Assembly (NCBI GenBank): GCA_963924565.1
Contig: OZ004613.1
Coordinates: forward strand, 23,126,001-23,190,000
DNA: 64,000 bases
Origin: Ascidiella aspersa
Taxonomy: Eukaryota
Direction: 5' to 3'
Part shown: positions 38,901-50,990 of the stretch, piece by piece
How positions within the stretch are numbered: the first letter of the stretch is position 1
Layout of the letters: each line of letters opens with the position of its first letter
Translations under genes and position numbers: made by a program
The notes under the pieces: model-generated
Seen by the model: the letters and a program-made list of their open reading frames with translations, nothing else
The model's database searches: none
What the model was told of the DNA's origin: nothing

Positions 38901-41900
38901 AATTTCAACCACTGTCTTTTTAGCAGTCTCAAAACTCATATTTGAACACCATTACAATGCTATTCGTTACCTATAGAGTTATTAGTGTCCAATCCTAAAC
39001 TCTTTTAACATTTCAACCTGTATATATATCTTAATTAATGCCTATGGAACTAAAAAGCCTTCGCTTTTTTCAGACTTGCTAAACAAACCCTACGTGAAGA
39101 CCGAATGTGAAGCAGTGAAAAAGGCAAAAATTGTCTACAAGGCTTGCATAAATACAGGTACGTAAGATTTAAAAATACTAAACTACGGTTATAAATAAAA
39201 AGTTCCACAACAAAACCAAAGGTTCCTTTTGGGCCGCGACGACTTAAATTGGTTATAATCCTTTTAAACCAACCAGGTGTGTTTAGGCAGGGCTAGCATT
39301 CAGCGTTTACTTCTAAGATTTGTGCTTGTTTTTAAGTATAGTCATGAGAAAATATTGATGTACTTATTTCTAAGAAACGAGCATCATTTTGAGGTGTGTT
39401 GTTTTTGTCTAAATTTTGTGTGTTTGTTTTGTTTCATACTTCCGTTTTAAAGTAGCTATTGTATACATCAGGTCATCAGGTGGTTTTATACGCAAAGCTA
39501 TACGCGCCAAGTCACAATACTGTAAAGTATTAATTGCTACAGGTTATAAGAATGTTTTTTAATAAATAGGTCTCTTTAACGTGAGTAGAAACAAGTTTTT
39601 CGCTGGAACAGGATAATAAAATTATTCCACACGTATAATTAAAGTGGTTCAATTGTTTGTTTTTTGCAACATGAATACCCTAATATTGTTTTTTTCGAAA
39701 TAGAAGTGTTTTATGTATTCCGAACTGAACTATATAGCTACTTTGTTGCACGTGGTTTCCCAAGAATCGCATTGGAAACTTGCAGTAAATAGCTATACGA
39801 GTGGTAAACTATTGTATACGGATCAGAGTGTAGTGTGGGTAATTTTTGGTCTGAGCAGATGGTAACCCTGCTTCAGGTCCGTTTGATCAGATTAATGCAA
39901 CTATACGTCTGCTTTTTAATTAGAACTGATCGACGAGTTAGACGCGAATCCGCTCCACATGCTTCTCAAGGACGAGTTGCAGTGGCCAATCATCAGCCCG
40001 GACTGGGACCCGAAAGACTTTTTCCTGGAGAAGACACTTGCAACACTGAGAGGAAGATTTAACAACCAGGTCCTCTTCAAAACGGTGGTAAGGAAGACCA
40101 ACGGAAACCACGTGCTACAGGTAAATTAACCCCAGGACTTTGTGATTCTCGGGCGAATCAATTGTTCGATTGAAGCAAACATTACACAAAGGTTTCGTAT
40201 TACATGTAATATAGGTTGACACACAAATATTCACACAGTTAATCGTTGCTTTTCTTCCTATGTCGATTTTGTGGCTTTAAGTCCGCAATAAACCATATCG
40301 ATTTTATTCTTTAATTCTGTATCGGTAAAAACATGGGTCAAATTAAAATAATAAAATTCTGAAGTAAAATACATTAAACCTTTCCATAGTGGCAGTTCGT
40401 TTTTTTGTAAAGATTTACCTAATGCTAAACTATACCCAGGCCTCCTAAATCATATTGAAATTTTCCAATTTTTCAATTGATCTATTATCTTTTTAGAGAA
40501 GCACTATTTTACGTTGTTTGTGTGGCATTTCGTTTATTTTATAAGTTGCCACAGTTTCAAACAGTGCATTGCTATTAAGCCAAACAACCTGTCCAAAAAA
40601 AAAAACACTCGGCAGCTGTAATGTTCGTAGGTGGTCGTGTTGCTTCAACCGGAGTTTATATATTTAGTTTGCAACAGCGACTTGTATTGTTTTTGCAGAC
40701 CTGGAAAGGAAAGCTGGCTCTTCCGTTCGCCTACTATAAGGAGCCGCGCTACGAAAAGGTAAGTCGGAGGGTAAATATATGCTTATGGCCGCTATCAACA
40801 CAAAGTAGATTCCCCACCTCTCTCTTTTTATACAACGGGAATGCGAACAGTGCTAAGACGAGATAGTCATAAACAGTGACAACTCGAAAGGACACTAACA
40901 CAATTGTAGACTCAGCTGATAAATATGACGAAATGATATGCTATACTTAGAAATATATGCAAATTTATTTGTAGAGACATGCAACATTCCCCAAAATACA
41001 TACTATTATCATGCAGCTTTTAATAGCGTCATAATTTTAAGTGCCCCAAACTCGGCAATACTGAAAATAGTAGCACGAAAAGTTGAAAATTACAGAGCTA
41101 TCCACCTTTTTCACAAAATGCAATGAACTACCGGCAAATAATTTTATTATCTGGTATAAGAGCACAGTGCTTTACTGTAAACAAACCTACACTAGCCTAT
41201 TTTTGATGGATGTTTTTAGGTATAGGCAGCGTAAAAGTAAACTAATAAGCAAGCAAATAGCAAACTACTAATAAAGTCACTAAAAAAATGAAATAATATT
41301 GTAGTCTCGTGCCCTTTTTATATTTGGATAAAAAAACCCTATAGGGGCGTGACTGCAACTAAGAACCATTCGTTTAGACGCGTTAAAAGCCTATAGGTAA
41401 ATTCAAAACTTATTTAAACGCAAACCAGCACACCTTTTCGGTTTAGATCTTTGGTTGACTAAACTACACAAACATAATGCTTCTGCATGCAAAAACAAAT
41501 GGCCTTCAAAAGAGCCGCATAAACCCTTTGTTTTCTAGAAACTGGACGCCTATTACGATTTGCTGTACGACGTTGCTATGATGATGGGCGGCAACCACGA
41601 TAGAGTCAACTCGGACATCGGCGACTTGAGACAATTTGAGAGGAAGCTCGCCGACTACAAGCTCGACGACTGGGATTACTTCTCTCCGTTGACCATCAAC
41701 CAACTGCAGTTTCAAGTACCCAACGTAAGAGAACCATCGCTGAATGATTTGTTTCACACTTAATAAAGTGTAGCAACGTCGCAAACCATTGGGATTGGAA
41801 GAACACCGAACAGTAGTACTCTAGGTCTAACAAAAAGGTGGTATTGGTGCTGATGCGATTCCAAACTAATCACACATTTAATATTTGGTTTCCAATCGAA

Positions 41901-44900
41901 TTTAGTACGTAAAATCAATAAATCTCTTTTAATAGTTGTCCAAAATAATACGTCTATGTTTATGTACCAATTAGAAAGATGAATAGAAACTAATTTGAGG
42001 TTTTATATAACAGATTAAAGATAATGTTCCTCTATAAAGATATTTTATCTGACTATATAAATCTTTCTCTTAGGGGTTACAGCCTCCTAATTCCTCCCTT
42101 CATAAAAACTTCATCCCAATTTTGTTGCTATAGTTGCTCATTCGAACTGAAGAGTTTGTTTCTCGCTTACTTGCTGTATATCATACATATATTTTCGTAA
42201 GGCTTTATAATTGCGCTTGCCAAATTGGTTAGGCCTGCGCAGCAAATGGTTGAATCGCAGATTTTAAACACACTTTCTATCGGCCTTACCAAACCCCGTT
42301 CTTATAATGACCCGTTTTTGTTTCTAGATCAACTGGTTATATTTGTTCAAAACCATGATACATTCGCACCCAATCACGAAATCGACCAAAATACAAGTGT
42401 GGAATGTAAATTACTTGAACGATCTCATAAACCTCATCCAGCGAACCAAAAAAAGGTAAAAACGTGATTTCGAATTTGCAAAAAAAATGCAAAATCCAAG
42501 CTTAAATTATTCGACTTTTTATAACTTAAAACGATCGAGTAAACTTTGAAAAGTAAATGCAATTGAGCTGTGAAATACGAAATCCTCTGAAAAATGAGTT
42601 ACAACTTAACCTATCGGTTCCCATATATGATTAAATTAATGATAATCGGGTTATAACATATCATGTAATTTTAGTAAATATACATGTAACCTAAAAAAGT
42701 AAATAACATAGGTAAAAATGTTGTGCAAAATAACCTATAGTACAAATTGGTCATTCTTGATCAAAAACAAGTCAAGATCACGTCATTGTTTGTTGCGTTC
42801 CAATCATAAGTAGAACAATGAAAGTTCTAAGTTATTAGCATTGAAATGCAACGATTGAGACTAAAACAAACGATGCATTTCTTCCATCTCCAGCACTGTT
42901 TCACATTGCCACCCTAAATCAAAACAATATAAGCAAGCAAACCGTTTTACGCGAAAAAGTAACCAATACCATTTTTTACCGAAATCGTGTGGATTAAATT
43001 GTAATTCATTTGCCAAATTTATTTCCAGATCAAGTCATGTACTCAACAAACTTAAGTAAATTCCAAGTCTTCCCAAAACAGTATAACCTGTCCTAAATCA
43101 ATAAAAATGTTCCGTTGCTAGAAATAACATCTTCAATTTGTGCTATACTGATCAATTCCTGATTTGCGTCAAGACATATAAATATAAAAACACTAGTATA
43201 GACTTTAAATTTGATTGGTGTAAAAAATAATCTCAGTGCTCTTCCGCGATGTCAATCCAATAAACATAGGCGAATAAGTAGGAAGTAAACGATATGCAAA
43301 CTCTTAAAGTTTTATTTCATTAAATTTTAGAAAATAATCGCAGCTTCGTCATTTGATTTATCACAGGACAGTTCAAAACTACATGATCTGGCGTTTCGTA
43401 AAACACCGCGTCAGAAATCTCAGCAATCGCTTCTCGCAAGCTTATCTGCGGTACGAGGAAAAGATGCTGGGCAAAGAGTCCCTGCCACCAAGGTGGGACA
43501 AGTGCGCTACCCACCTGCTCTATCTGATGAAAGGCGCCACAGGGAAGCTGTTCATCGACAAGTACTTCTCCGCCGCCAAGAAAAAGGCTGTGAGTTCTTG
43601 TAACTGTAAAGTCCGGATTCTAACCCATAAGCCATATGTCTATATGGTATTTTTGGCATGAAATTAATTAATTTAAGGTTTTCGCTGGTCAACACAGAAT
43701 GACCAATTGATGTGTGTTTCCCACTGTTCATTTCCAATATTTACGTTAACGGCATCATAAATTAAAATCATCACAAAAAATTTCTAATAAAATATGCACA
43801 TAATGTAATGCTGGACTGTTTTCAAAATCAGTGTTTAAACATTAATCCTATAAATAATTACGTAGTTCGGAACTATACGTTGCTTATAAACAATATTTAT
43901 CATATAAATAATTAAACCCGTCTTATATCTACCATCTGCAATAATACAGTCCACACGCTATATGCATGTTAACTTACAAATAGAGAGATTGGTTTAAAAT
44001 AGTTCAAATCATTGACAAAGGATAATCAGAACAAGACTGAGTTTAAAACGGAAAGAAAATAAAGTTCGCTTTGGTTGTTTTTCAGGCAAAGGAACTATTC
44101 AACTTCATCCGCAAAGGATTCCTGCATCTTCTCGACTCCGAAGTGACCTGGATGGACAACAAGACGCGCGCCTACGCAAAGCGAAAGGCTCTCGCCATTA
44201 CGTCAGACATCGGCTACAACCCGGCCATCTACAAGAACACAACATATCTAGATCTTGAAGTGAAGCACGTAAGTGCCGACGTTCGTCGTAATTTTCTTAG
44301 TGGTTTGTTGGTCGAAAATGTAAAGAAAATGAGCCAGCATTTTACCAGCTATTATAGCTCATCGCTTTATGGTGAAGGTTCTAACTGATGAAAAGTAGAG
44401 AAAAATAGGTGATTGTGAATATAAAATGTCCCGCCTGTAATAAATAAGGAAAGTGGTTAACTAAAAATATCTATTAGGCTTTACGCAAAACCGTTCAAAA
44501 TAATTTTACTCGTACCATATGAGCTATTTTGGAGCGTGGTTCACCGTCGAGATTTTTAAATTTTGGTTTAATTTTTCACGACTATTTAGCTTGTTGAAAT
44601 GCTAAACAACAGTGTATAGAAGTGAAGCAGATTCTTAAAGGGTTTGAAACATTTACACAATGATAGTTAACTTGACTATTTTAAATGGTTGTGTTTGATA
44701 ACAAGACACATATTCTGCGTGGATTCTTCTCCAGGGCATCGGAAGTTTAGTATAGCGATTATATTGCGATAAAAAAACAAGAAAGATCGGACTAAAATTG
44801 AAATAAATTATATCACTTACAGCTTGAAGTAAGGACGTGGGATTACTTCGGCAACACACTCAACCTGTTGACGACCATCTCTCAAAACAAATTCAAACTG

Positions 44901-47900
44901 CTGGGCGAGCCTTACAACACCACCGTAGATATGTTCACTCAGAGGCCTACCATGGTGAATGCGTTTTACAGTCCAACAAGGAACCGAATCAGTAAGTTTA
45001 TCTAATATTTGCCAGCATTAAAACAATATATAAATAATGCACTTAGTAGAATTCGTAGGTAAAAACACATGTATCATATATGTGTAGTATTTTATCCAAG
45101 AAAAATCACAATAAAAGTCAAGCTTTTCCAACACAACTAGTAGGTATAGAGCGTTTAATCATTCTTAAATTATATATACGCAGGCACGGGCAATCGTGTT
45201 ATTAAAAAAGTTTATAACGAAGATCCATTCGACGACCTTATAACTTGTTCAATGGCCATTAGGGGAGATTTTTATTTTCACAAATATATTACTATATAGT
45301 CTCTGCAATTCTGTGTTAACTTATTAAACTTGTTTTTAGCTCTTCCCGCCGGAGAAATGCAGTATCCGTTTTACTGGGGAGACAAGTTTCCAAGGTTGGT
45401 AAACAATTGTGTTAAACAATGTTTAGTTAAAACGCACTATAGGGTGATTAATATAGAATTGCGTAGAAATCAAATGATGAAAACACACCATGACTTATAG
45501 GCACCTGAAGACGAAAAAGTATTTTTTAAACAGATCAACAAGGGTATTTTTATTATTATATTTGGAATTGACTTGTTGAGCCGATAAGTTGTACTAAAAA
45601 AAAAACATGACATATTTTAATAACTATAACTATTTTATAGTAGATTATATTGATATACACCCTTGCATTTGTAAACCAGGATGTTCCAGTTCGGTGGCAT
45701 CGGTACGATTCTGGGTCACGAGCTTACTCACGGCTTCGACAACACGGGAAGGCAGTACGACCTCAAGGGTAACTTGAACAACTGGTGGACCACCACGTCC
45801 CTCATGCAGTTCAAGAAGCGTACCACGTGCATGGAGGACCAGTACAGCAACTACTACTTCGCAAAGGCAGGGGAACATGTAAGTATAGCGCGGTGTTGAG
45901 CGCAATGCTGTATGTGACTTATGTAAATAACTTCTCGCAGTTAATTACGGCAAAATGACTTGACTTGACTCAGTCTTTTGGTCAAAAATACCTCACGTCA
46001 TTTATATGTCTTTTGAACAAATGACTTGGATTGAAGTAAAATGTTTTCATTGAGCATTTGTTTTCTTAAAGTTGGGTTATTTATCTCATTGCTGCACATA
46101 ATATGTTTTCCTGTTAAATGTTGCGTTTTTTTTATCAGTTGTGTTGTTGCGTATATTTCACGAGTTTACAAAGTTTGTGAATTTTCCATTTAATATTGGT
46201 TAACAAGGACTTGACTAAGAATTAAATTGCTCTAATTATGACATGGCTTGGACTTCATTTGTCACTTATTTAAAAATACTTAACTTGGGTTAAATTAAAA
46301 GTTATTTTAAAAATGACTTTTTGTTTAATAGCTTTCTTTATGGCCTCGCTGTGCGTTTTCCTTTGGTCATAAATCAACCATCTTGAAATTAAAATTAGAA
46401 CCCAGGCCAGCTGGCTTTCAAGAAACTTAAAACAAGTCGAGGTATCCAAATCCATTGTTTTGAAGATATGTAAGGCATGATCGTCGACCTATAGTTGTAT
46501 TTTGCCCAAAATGCTAAATTTGTTCTATACATAAGACGCCCCCCGCCTTTTTAGGCCCAAGGTTAAAATCTGAGTCCGTTTTGACTTGCATTCGCATTAT
46601 CGTATATTTCACGCTAATCTTGGTTTTCAGCTGAAGGGTGTCAAGACGCTGGGTGAAAACATTGCTGACAACGGCGGCATCAGGGAATCATTCGAGGTTT
46701 GGAAATCGATAAAAAAAGAAAAAATCGCTCCAATAAGTAGTTTTAAAATCTCTAAAAAAAACTGTTTGACCTTTTAAAATTGGCAATTTTAAGACATTAA
46801 AACTTTGCAGGTACATAAACGACATAAAACCCCAAGTTGCTTAATGGGCTTTTCAATTGGCAAATAGTAGTCCTATTATTTAAACTAAAACAGACTTTAG
46901 TTCTTTCGAATGTTTTAATTTGAAAATATCCACATTTATTTTATTTGGCAGTTAAAAGCAACAAATACTAAGATGGTAAATAATAATGGCGTTGAAACAT
47001 TCTTTTCTGTAATATTTAATAACTATCGGTTTTAGAATGCGACTTGCCTCGTGGCTCAACGTTTGTTACGTAACAACTGTATTTCCTACCACAATTTTCG
47101 AGAATATAACCATTGCATTACTAACAGATTAACTAACGCATCTTCTACAAAACAGGGTTATCACCTCTGGTTAAAGGCTAGTGGTTTGAAGGGTGAACAG
47201 GTTGAGCCAACAACCGGCCTTACCAACGACCAAATGTTCTTCGTCGGATTTGCGAACGTAAGAAACCTTGTATATTTAACCGCGAGGTGGCAACAACGAG
47301 TTTATATTTTTGATACGTCACCCAAAACATCCAATTGTAAAGATTGTGGAAAATGTGTGCAAGAAACTAGTATATTTGTTTGAAACAACCTGGATAATTG
47401 AATAAATAACTAGTTGCCAGATTACGCTATTTGCAATAAAGCACAATACCAGAGTTCAACGAATGTTAGGCCCAATAGGCCAGGAAACATTGCTAAGAAT
47501 TTCAGAATATACCACTCTTTTTAAAAGATATTTATTATAAAAAAGCAGGCACAAGCGTTATCTTTCTTCCAGGGTATGTCTTGAATAACATTTTGTCACA
47601 GCTTTACACTTTTACTTAACTTGCTGCAACTATTTGTCAATTTGATTCCTATCGAGTCCACGAAACCGCAGCAAAAATTGGTTTACCCTCCTTCGATCGC
47701 GTTTGTGATAAAACCCAATATAGCGTCCTCCCGTTGTTGTCAGATTGCTACGTTATAGAGCAAATTCATTGCCGCAAATTCGCGTGATGCAACAGAATCC
47801 TTCTATAAACACCCGAACTCTGATCCTATACGTTTACGTTAACGGAGCATCAGCTATAGGATGACGGGCTACTGACAGATGAAACGTGATTTTTGGTTGT

Positions 47901-50900
47901 TTTGGCTTGCCGTGTGTCCGCCAATCCGCTGGTGGAATCTAGAGTTTCGCTTTTCGCATATTCAGAAGCACGTTGGCCACATTTCCTGTACAACATTCGG
48001 TTGTTTTCCCCGCTGAAGTAACTCCATCACTCTATCTTCGCTTTCGTGTGGGGTTTGTTTTGAGGTGACCTGATAGCAATCGAGAACTGGTATTCTACCA
48101 GGTATTGAAAACAATTGTTAAAGGGTATTTTTTACACTGCGGCGCTCATCAAAGTTTTGTCAAACAACAACTCACAAATCAATAAATCACAGAAGACTTT
48201 TAAGTATGAAAGAGGTCATTTCAACTTCGAATATTTGAACCATAAATATATTGATATTGATAGATACCTGCCACTTTCACTTCTTCTTTCTTGGCAATCA
48301 CGAAAATGCACAAACGCACATGTCACTAAGGAGCATCCATCGGCTTGGCATGTAAATATGACCGACATCGGGTTTATAAATTACACAAGTGCATTTCCGC
48401 CTTTTTACGCCGTATTTAAAATAGTTTACTACCAAAGCTTCCGTCCAAAACTTTTACATATACTAAGAAAGGATGTCGTGAAGGACCTTTGAAGGCAAAT
48501 ATAACTAATATTGCAAAAATATAAGAGGATATTGTTTTTCAAGTCAGAATGCCAAAATTGCATAGGGGCTGAAAAAAAATCCACCGAAAAAAAACTAACC
48601 GTTTCCGATGATTATCCTAACGAGAACAATATTTGCTTTGCTTAAGCTTGTGGTGCGCCAAAACAAATAAGTATTCTTAAGTTTCGTAGTTTGTTTACTT
48701 AAACCACCCCAAAATTCTAGGTTGTTCGCACAACTTGTCAGAGTGAGATGTATACAAATGTTAGCCCAAAGTATAACGATCTCGCCAAACGACTTTACAC
48801 TAGCCTCGTATGACACACAACTTTGCAACATTGAAGTTTTGTAAAAGAAAGGCAGCGTGCCGCAAATCGCGAAGTCAAGCTCTTCGTTGGCGATGTGACT
48901 TGCGCGAACCTTGGCAAAATAAAGGGCGTTAAACAATAATTGAAGAGTAAACACTAAAATAGAGGAAAGGAAAAAGAACAAAAATAAGGAAAGAGGAAAG
49001 ATGAAGCGAGGCGAAGCAAAGAGCAAAAATAAACAAATCAAATCAAATAAATGCGACCACATAATAATAAACCTGCCCAGACCAACAATTGTAAAACTGG
49101 GTGAAAAGTGAATAATGCTATAGACTTTTGTAAAGTCATCACCCTTCCAGTTTTGCTGAGTCACCACTCGTCCAAACAAACACGTTTGTCGTTTAGGCGT
49201 CGTTTGCGGTGCATTCACAACACACGCCCAGAAAGAGAAAGAACGTCTTGAGGTTACCCTATATTTGTACAAGTGCTGACTCACCCATTACCCATACGGA
49301 GTGCGGCCCGATCTCTAGATTGGCACAAACTAGTAGTTTTTGTCCCCTTTTCAGACGGCGTTCAATTTTTAGCGGTTGGCCTACTGTCAGTGCGTACCAC
49401 GTGGTTTGCAAAACAATTATTTTCTCTGTCAAGAGTTGTATTTATTGAAGTCAAAAATGAATCAAAAAATTCACAACAGCGGTAGCCGCATACCACATTT
49501 TATTGGCCAATTTAATATGGAAAATACAGAATATATAGTAATTACGGCAGCCGCAATCATTTTATACTTACTTAATTTTCTTTTACGTGCTGCTTTAACT
49601 TCGTCGTACCACCTGAAAAATCTTCGTGAACCTTTAGTGGTACGTCTACTACAGGTTTAGAACGGGAGATGTTCGATAATTTCATGACGTCATAAAACAA
49701 GTTGAACAGAAACCTGTTGTTTTTAGTCGAATAAATGTGAAAGTAAAATGGCGTTTAACTAACTTCAAGGAGAAGTCGCCGAGCTTTTTTAAATAAATTC
49801 AACTCTTTTAAAAAAATATTCCCAATATTTAATATACTCAAAACAAATCATTTAGGACATCATGGAACCCTATCTAGTCCACACAAAATTTGTTCTTTTT
49901 GCAGCACAACAGGCTGTATGTTTCTATAAGTTTAGTGCCTTGTGTGGACTGGGGTGTAAAAGTTCTTTATTAGAGTGTGTTTTGTTCCACAAAAAGTTGA
50001 CAAGCACGCTTTGCAAAACCACTGCCCTCAAAGTGTTCTCTTCCTTTGCCAGGTTCGATGCGGCAAATTTACCCATCGAGGGGCGGTACATGAGGTGGCG
50101 AAGGACGTGCACAGCCCAGGCCGATTCAGGTGAGGGTAATTAACAGGCGCTCGCAACGCGATACCGCTAATCTGCTGGATGGTGAGGTTGCCACGTATAG
50201 GGCGGTATGCCCCTGATATGCGCAACATTGTATTCTATTCTGAACTTTACCTGTGAAGAAAGCAGGTAAAGTTGCTGCGCATGAAAAGGTTAAATTTCGT
50301 GCGGGTTCAACATCGTGTAATATAGTGTTGTAAACAGAGTCATTTAAGTCCAAGCCAAGTTTTCTTTTCTTAAATAACAATACAAGTCACGTCATCATTA
50401 CAGCAGGTCAATCCCAAATGAAGTCCTTTGAAAATTGAATATGGACAAATTTACTTATATGGCCAAATTTAGTTACTAAAAAGTAACAGAGACGCAACGT
50501 ATGGCAAGTAATTTGTATTAGGTGCAACAAAGTCTAGACAAGTTATTTAAAAACAATGCCTTAAGTTCAAAATTCATTGACTTAAAGTCATTATAAACCT
50601 GATTATTATACTTTCTTTGGAAAGAAGTAATAAAATCACCTATTTCATGTTTTACTTTTTTGTCACTTTGTGTAAAACGTTTCCTTTTAAAAAATATGTT
50701 ATAACGCTCCGATTAACAAATGTGAATGCTATAATTACCTGTAGATTTACGAAAAATCGGCGGAATGTTTCTAGGTCGAAAATGATGTGAGCTAAAACTA
50801 AGCATGCCTAGCAAAGCTGTTTATTAGCACAAGGTTTTTAAATATATAAGCACAAGGTTTTGTAGCGTATTTTGTTTTGTTCGATTGCAGAGTCATCGGA

Positions 50901-50990
50901 TCTTTGCAAAACTTCGACAAGTTTTCCACTACGTTCAACTGTCCTGCTGATTCGAAAATGAATCCCAAGACTAAGTGTGTCATTTGGTGA
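32878..50990 (+). CDS. PHEX: PHEX-like M13 (neprilysin family) zinc metalloendopeptidase, secreted form with acidic pro-region and Sushi domain; 20 coding exons, 2802 nt, 933 aa
   Basis: Twenty GT-AG-bounded exons join in matching phase into one open frame from ATG to TGA. Motifs: [30 protein letters not shown] (HExxH), [11 protein letters not shown], terminal CVIW. PHEX-type residues: PAGEMQ, QYSNYY, VRC, RWDKC. The symbol means PHEX-like; orthology is untested. Confidence 0.93.
33063..33385 (+). mobile_element. hAT-type MITE, family B, right end replaced by a 15-bp tandem repeat (GCGGGCCGTAAGTTT x~3)
   Basis: The left end CAGAGGTGGGCAA..AGTCGCGGGCCAAAA..CAGAAAGGTCT matches the reverse complement of 16575-16637. 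Confidence 0.7.
34619..34982 (+). CDS. PHEX-like exon 2: acidic region, KKR and RR dibasic sites
   Basis: cag acceptor and gtgagc donor; 364 nt, phase 0-1; lies within ORF 34598..35056. Confidence 0.85.
35486..35615 (+). CDS. PHEX-like exon 3: first half of Sushi/CCP domain ([39 protein letters not shown])
   Basis: ttcctcag acceptor, gtgagt donor, phase 1-2, C-x-V-x-C-x-x-GY pattern. Confidence 0.85.
36454..36563 (+). CDS. PHEX-like exon 4: second half of Sushi/CCP domain ([36 protein letters not shown])
   Basis: ttttttgccag acceptor, weak gttgca donor, phase 2-1, C...W...C pattern. Confidence 0.8.
36932..37018 (+). CDS. PHEX-like exon 5: Lys-rich linker and first M13 cysteines ([28 protein letters not shown])
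   Basis: Phase 1-1, gtcagt donor. CTTPQC is the canonical start of the M13 ectodomain. Confidence 0.88.
38417..38578 (+). CDS. PHEX-like exon 6 ([14 protein letters not shown])
   Basis: 162 nt, phase 1-1, M13 N-terminal signature. Confidence 0.95.
39074..39157 (+). CDS. PHEX-like exon 7 ([16 protein letters not shown])
   Basis: 84 nt, phase 1-1, KAK..Y.xC M13 motif. Confidence 0.93.
39924..40120 (+). CDS. PHEX-like exon 8 ([26 protein letters not shown])
   Basis: 197 nt, phase 1-0, tag acceptor and gtaaat donor. Confidence 0.92.
40699..40758 (+). CDS. PHEX-like exon 9 ([20 protein letters not shown])
   Basis: 60 nt, phase 0-0, ttttgcag acceptor and gtaagt donor. Confidence 0.88.
41539..41724 (+). 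CDS. PHEX-like exon 10 ([21 protein letters not shown])
   Basis: 186 nt, phase 0-0. Confidence 0.92.
42328..42455 (+). CDS. PHEX-like exon 11 ([17 protein letters not shown])
   Basis: 128 nt, phase 0-2. Confidence 0.9.
43367..43589 (+). CDS. PHEX-like exon 12 ([15 protein letters not shown])
   Basis: 223 nt, phase 2-0. Confidence 0.95.
44086..44268 (+). CDS. PHEX-like exon 13 ([17 protein letters not shown])
   Basis: 183 nt, phase 0-0. Confidence 0.95.
44823..44991 (+). CDS. PHEX-like exon 14 ([12 protein letters not shown])
   Basis: 169 nt, phase 0-1, NAFY substrate-binding motif. Confidence 0.95.
45340..45394 (+). CDS. PHEX-like exon 15 ([18 protein letters not shown])
   Basis: 55 nt, phase 1-2. 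Confidence 0.93.
45680..45878 (+). CDS. PHEX-like exon 16, zinc-binding GHELTHGFD
   Basis: 199 nt, phase 2-0; HELTH at 45717-45731. Confidence 0.97.
45910..46310 (-). repeat. Family C copy in PHEX-like intron 16
   Basis: GACTT-rich; its reverse complement aligns to 12518-12864. Confidence 0.62.
46631..46696 (+). CDS. PHEX-like exon 17 ([11 protein letters not shown], third zinc ligand)
   Basis: 66 nt, phase 0-0. Confidence 0.96.
47156..47257 (+). CDS. PHEX-like exon 18 ([14 protein letters not shown])
   Basis: 102 nt, phase 0-0. Confidence 0.93.
50053..50129 (+). CDS. PHEX-like exon 19 ([15 protein letters not shown])
   Basis: 77 nt, phase 0-2, HSP motif. Confidence 0.95.
50891..50990 (+). 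CDS. PHEX-like exon 20, terminal ([32 protein letters not shown])
   Basis: ttgcag acceptor, canonical M13 C-terminus, TGA stop. Candidate AATAAA signals near 51398 and 51530. Confidence 0.96.

Noticed and set aside
48595-49284. 229-aa minus-strand hydrophobic ORF in a PHEX-like intron
   Set aside because: Its F/L-rich 'TM' segment is just the complement of a purine-rich low-complexity tract (48940-49070); no recognisable motif or splice structure.
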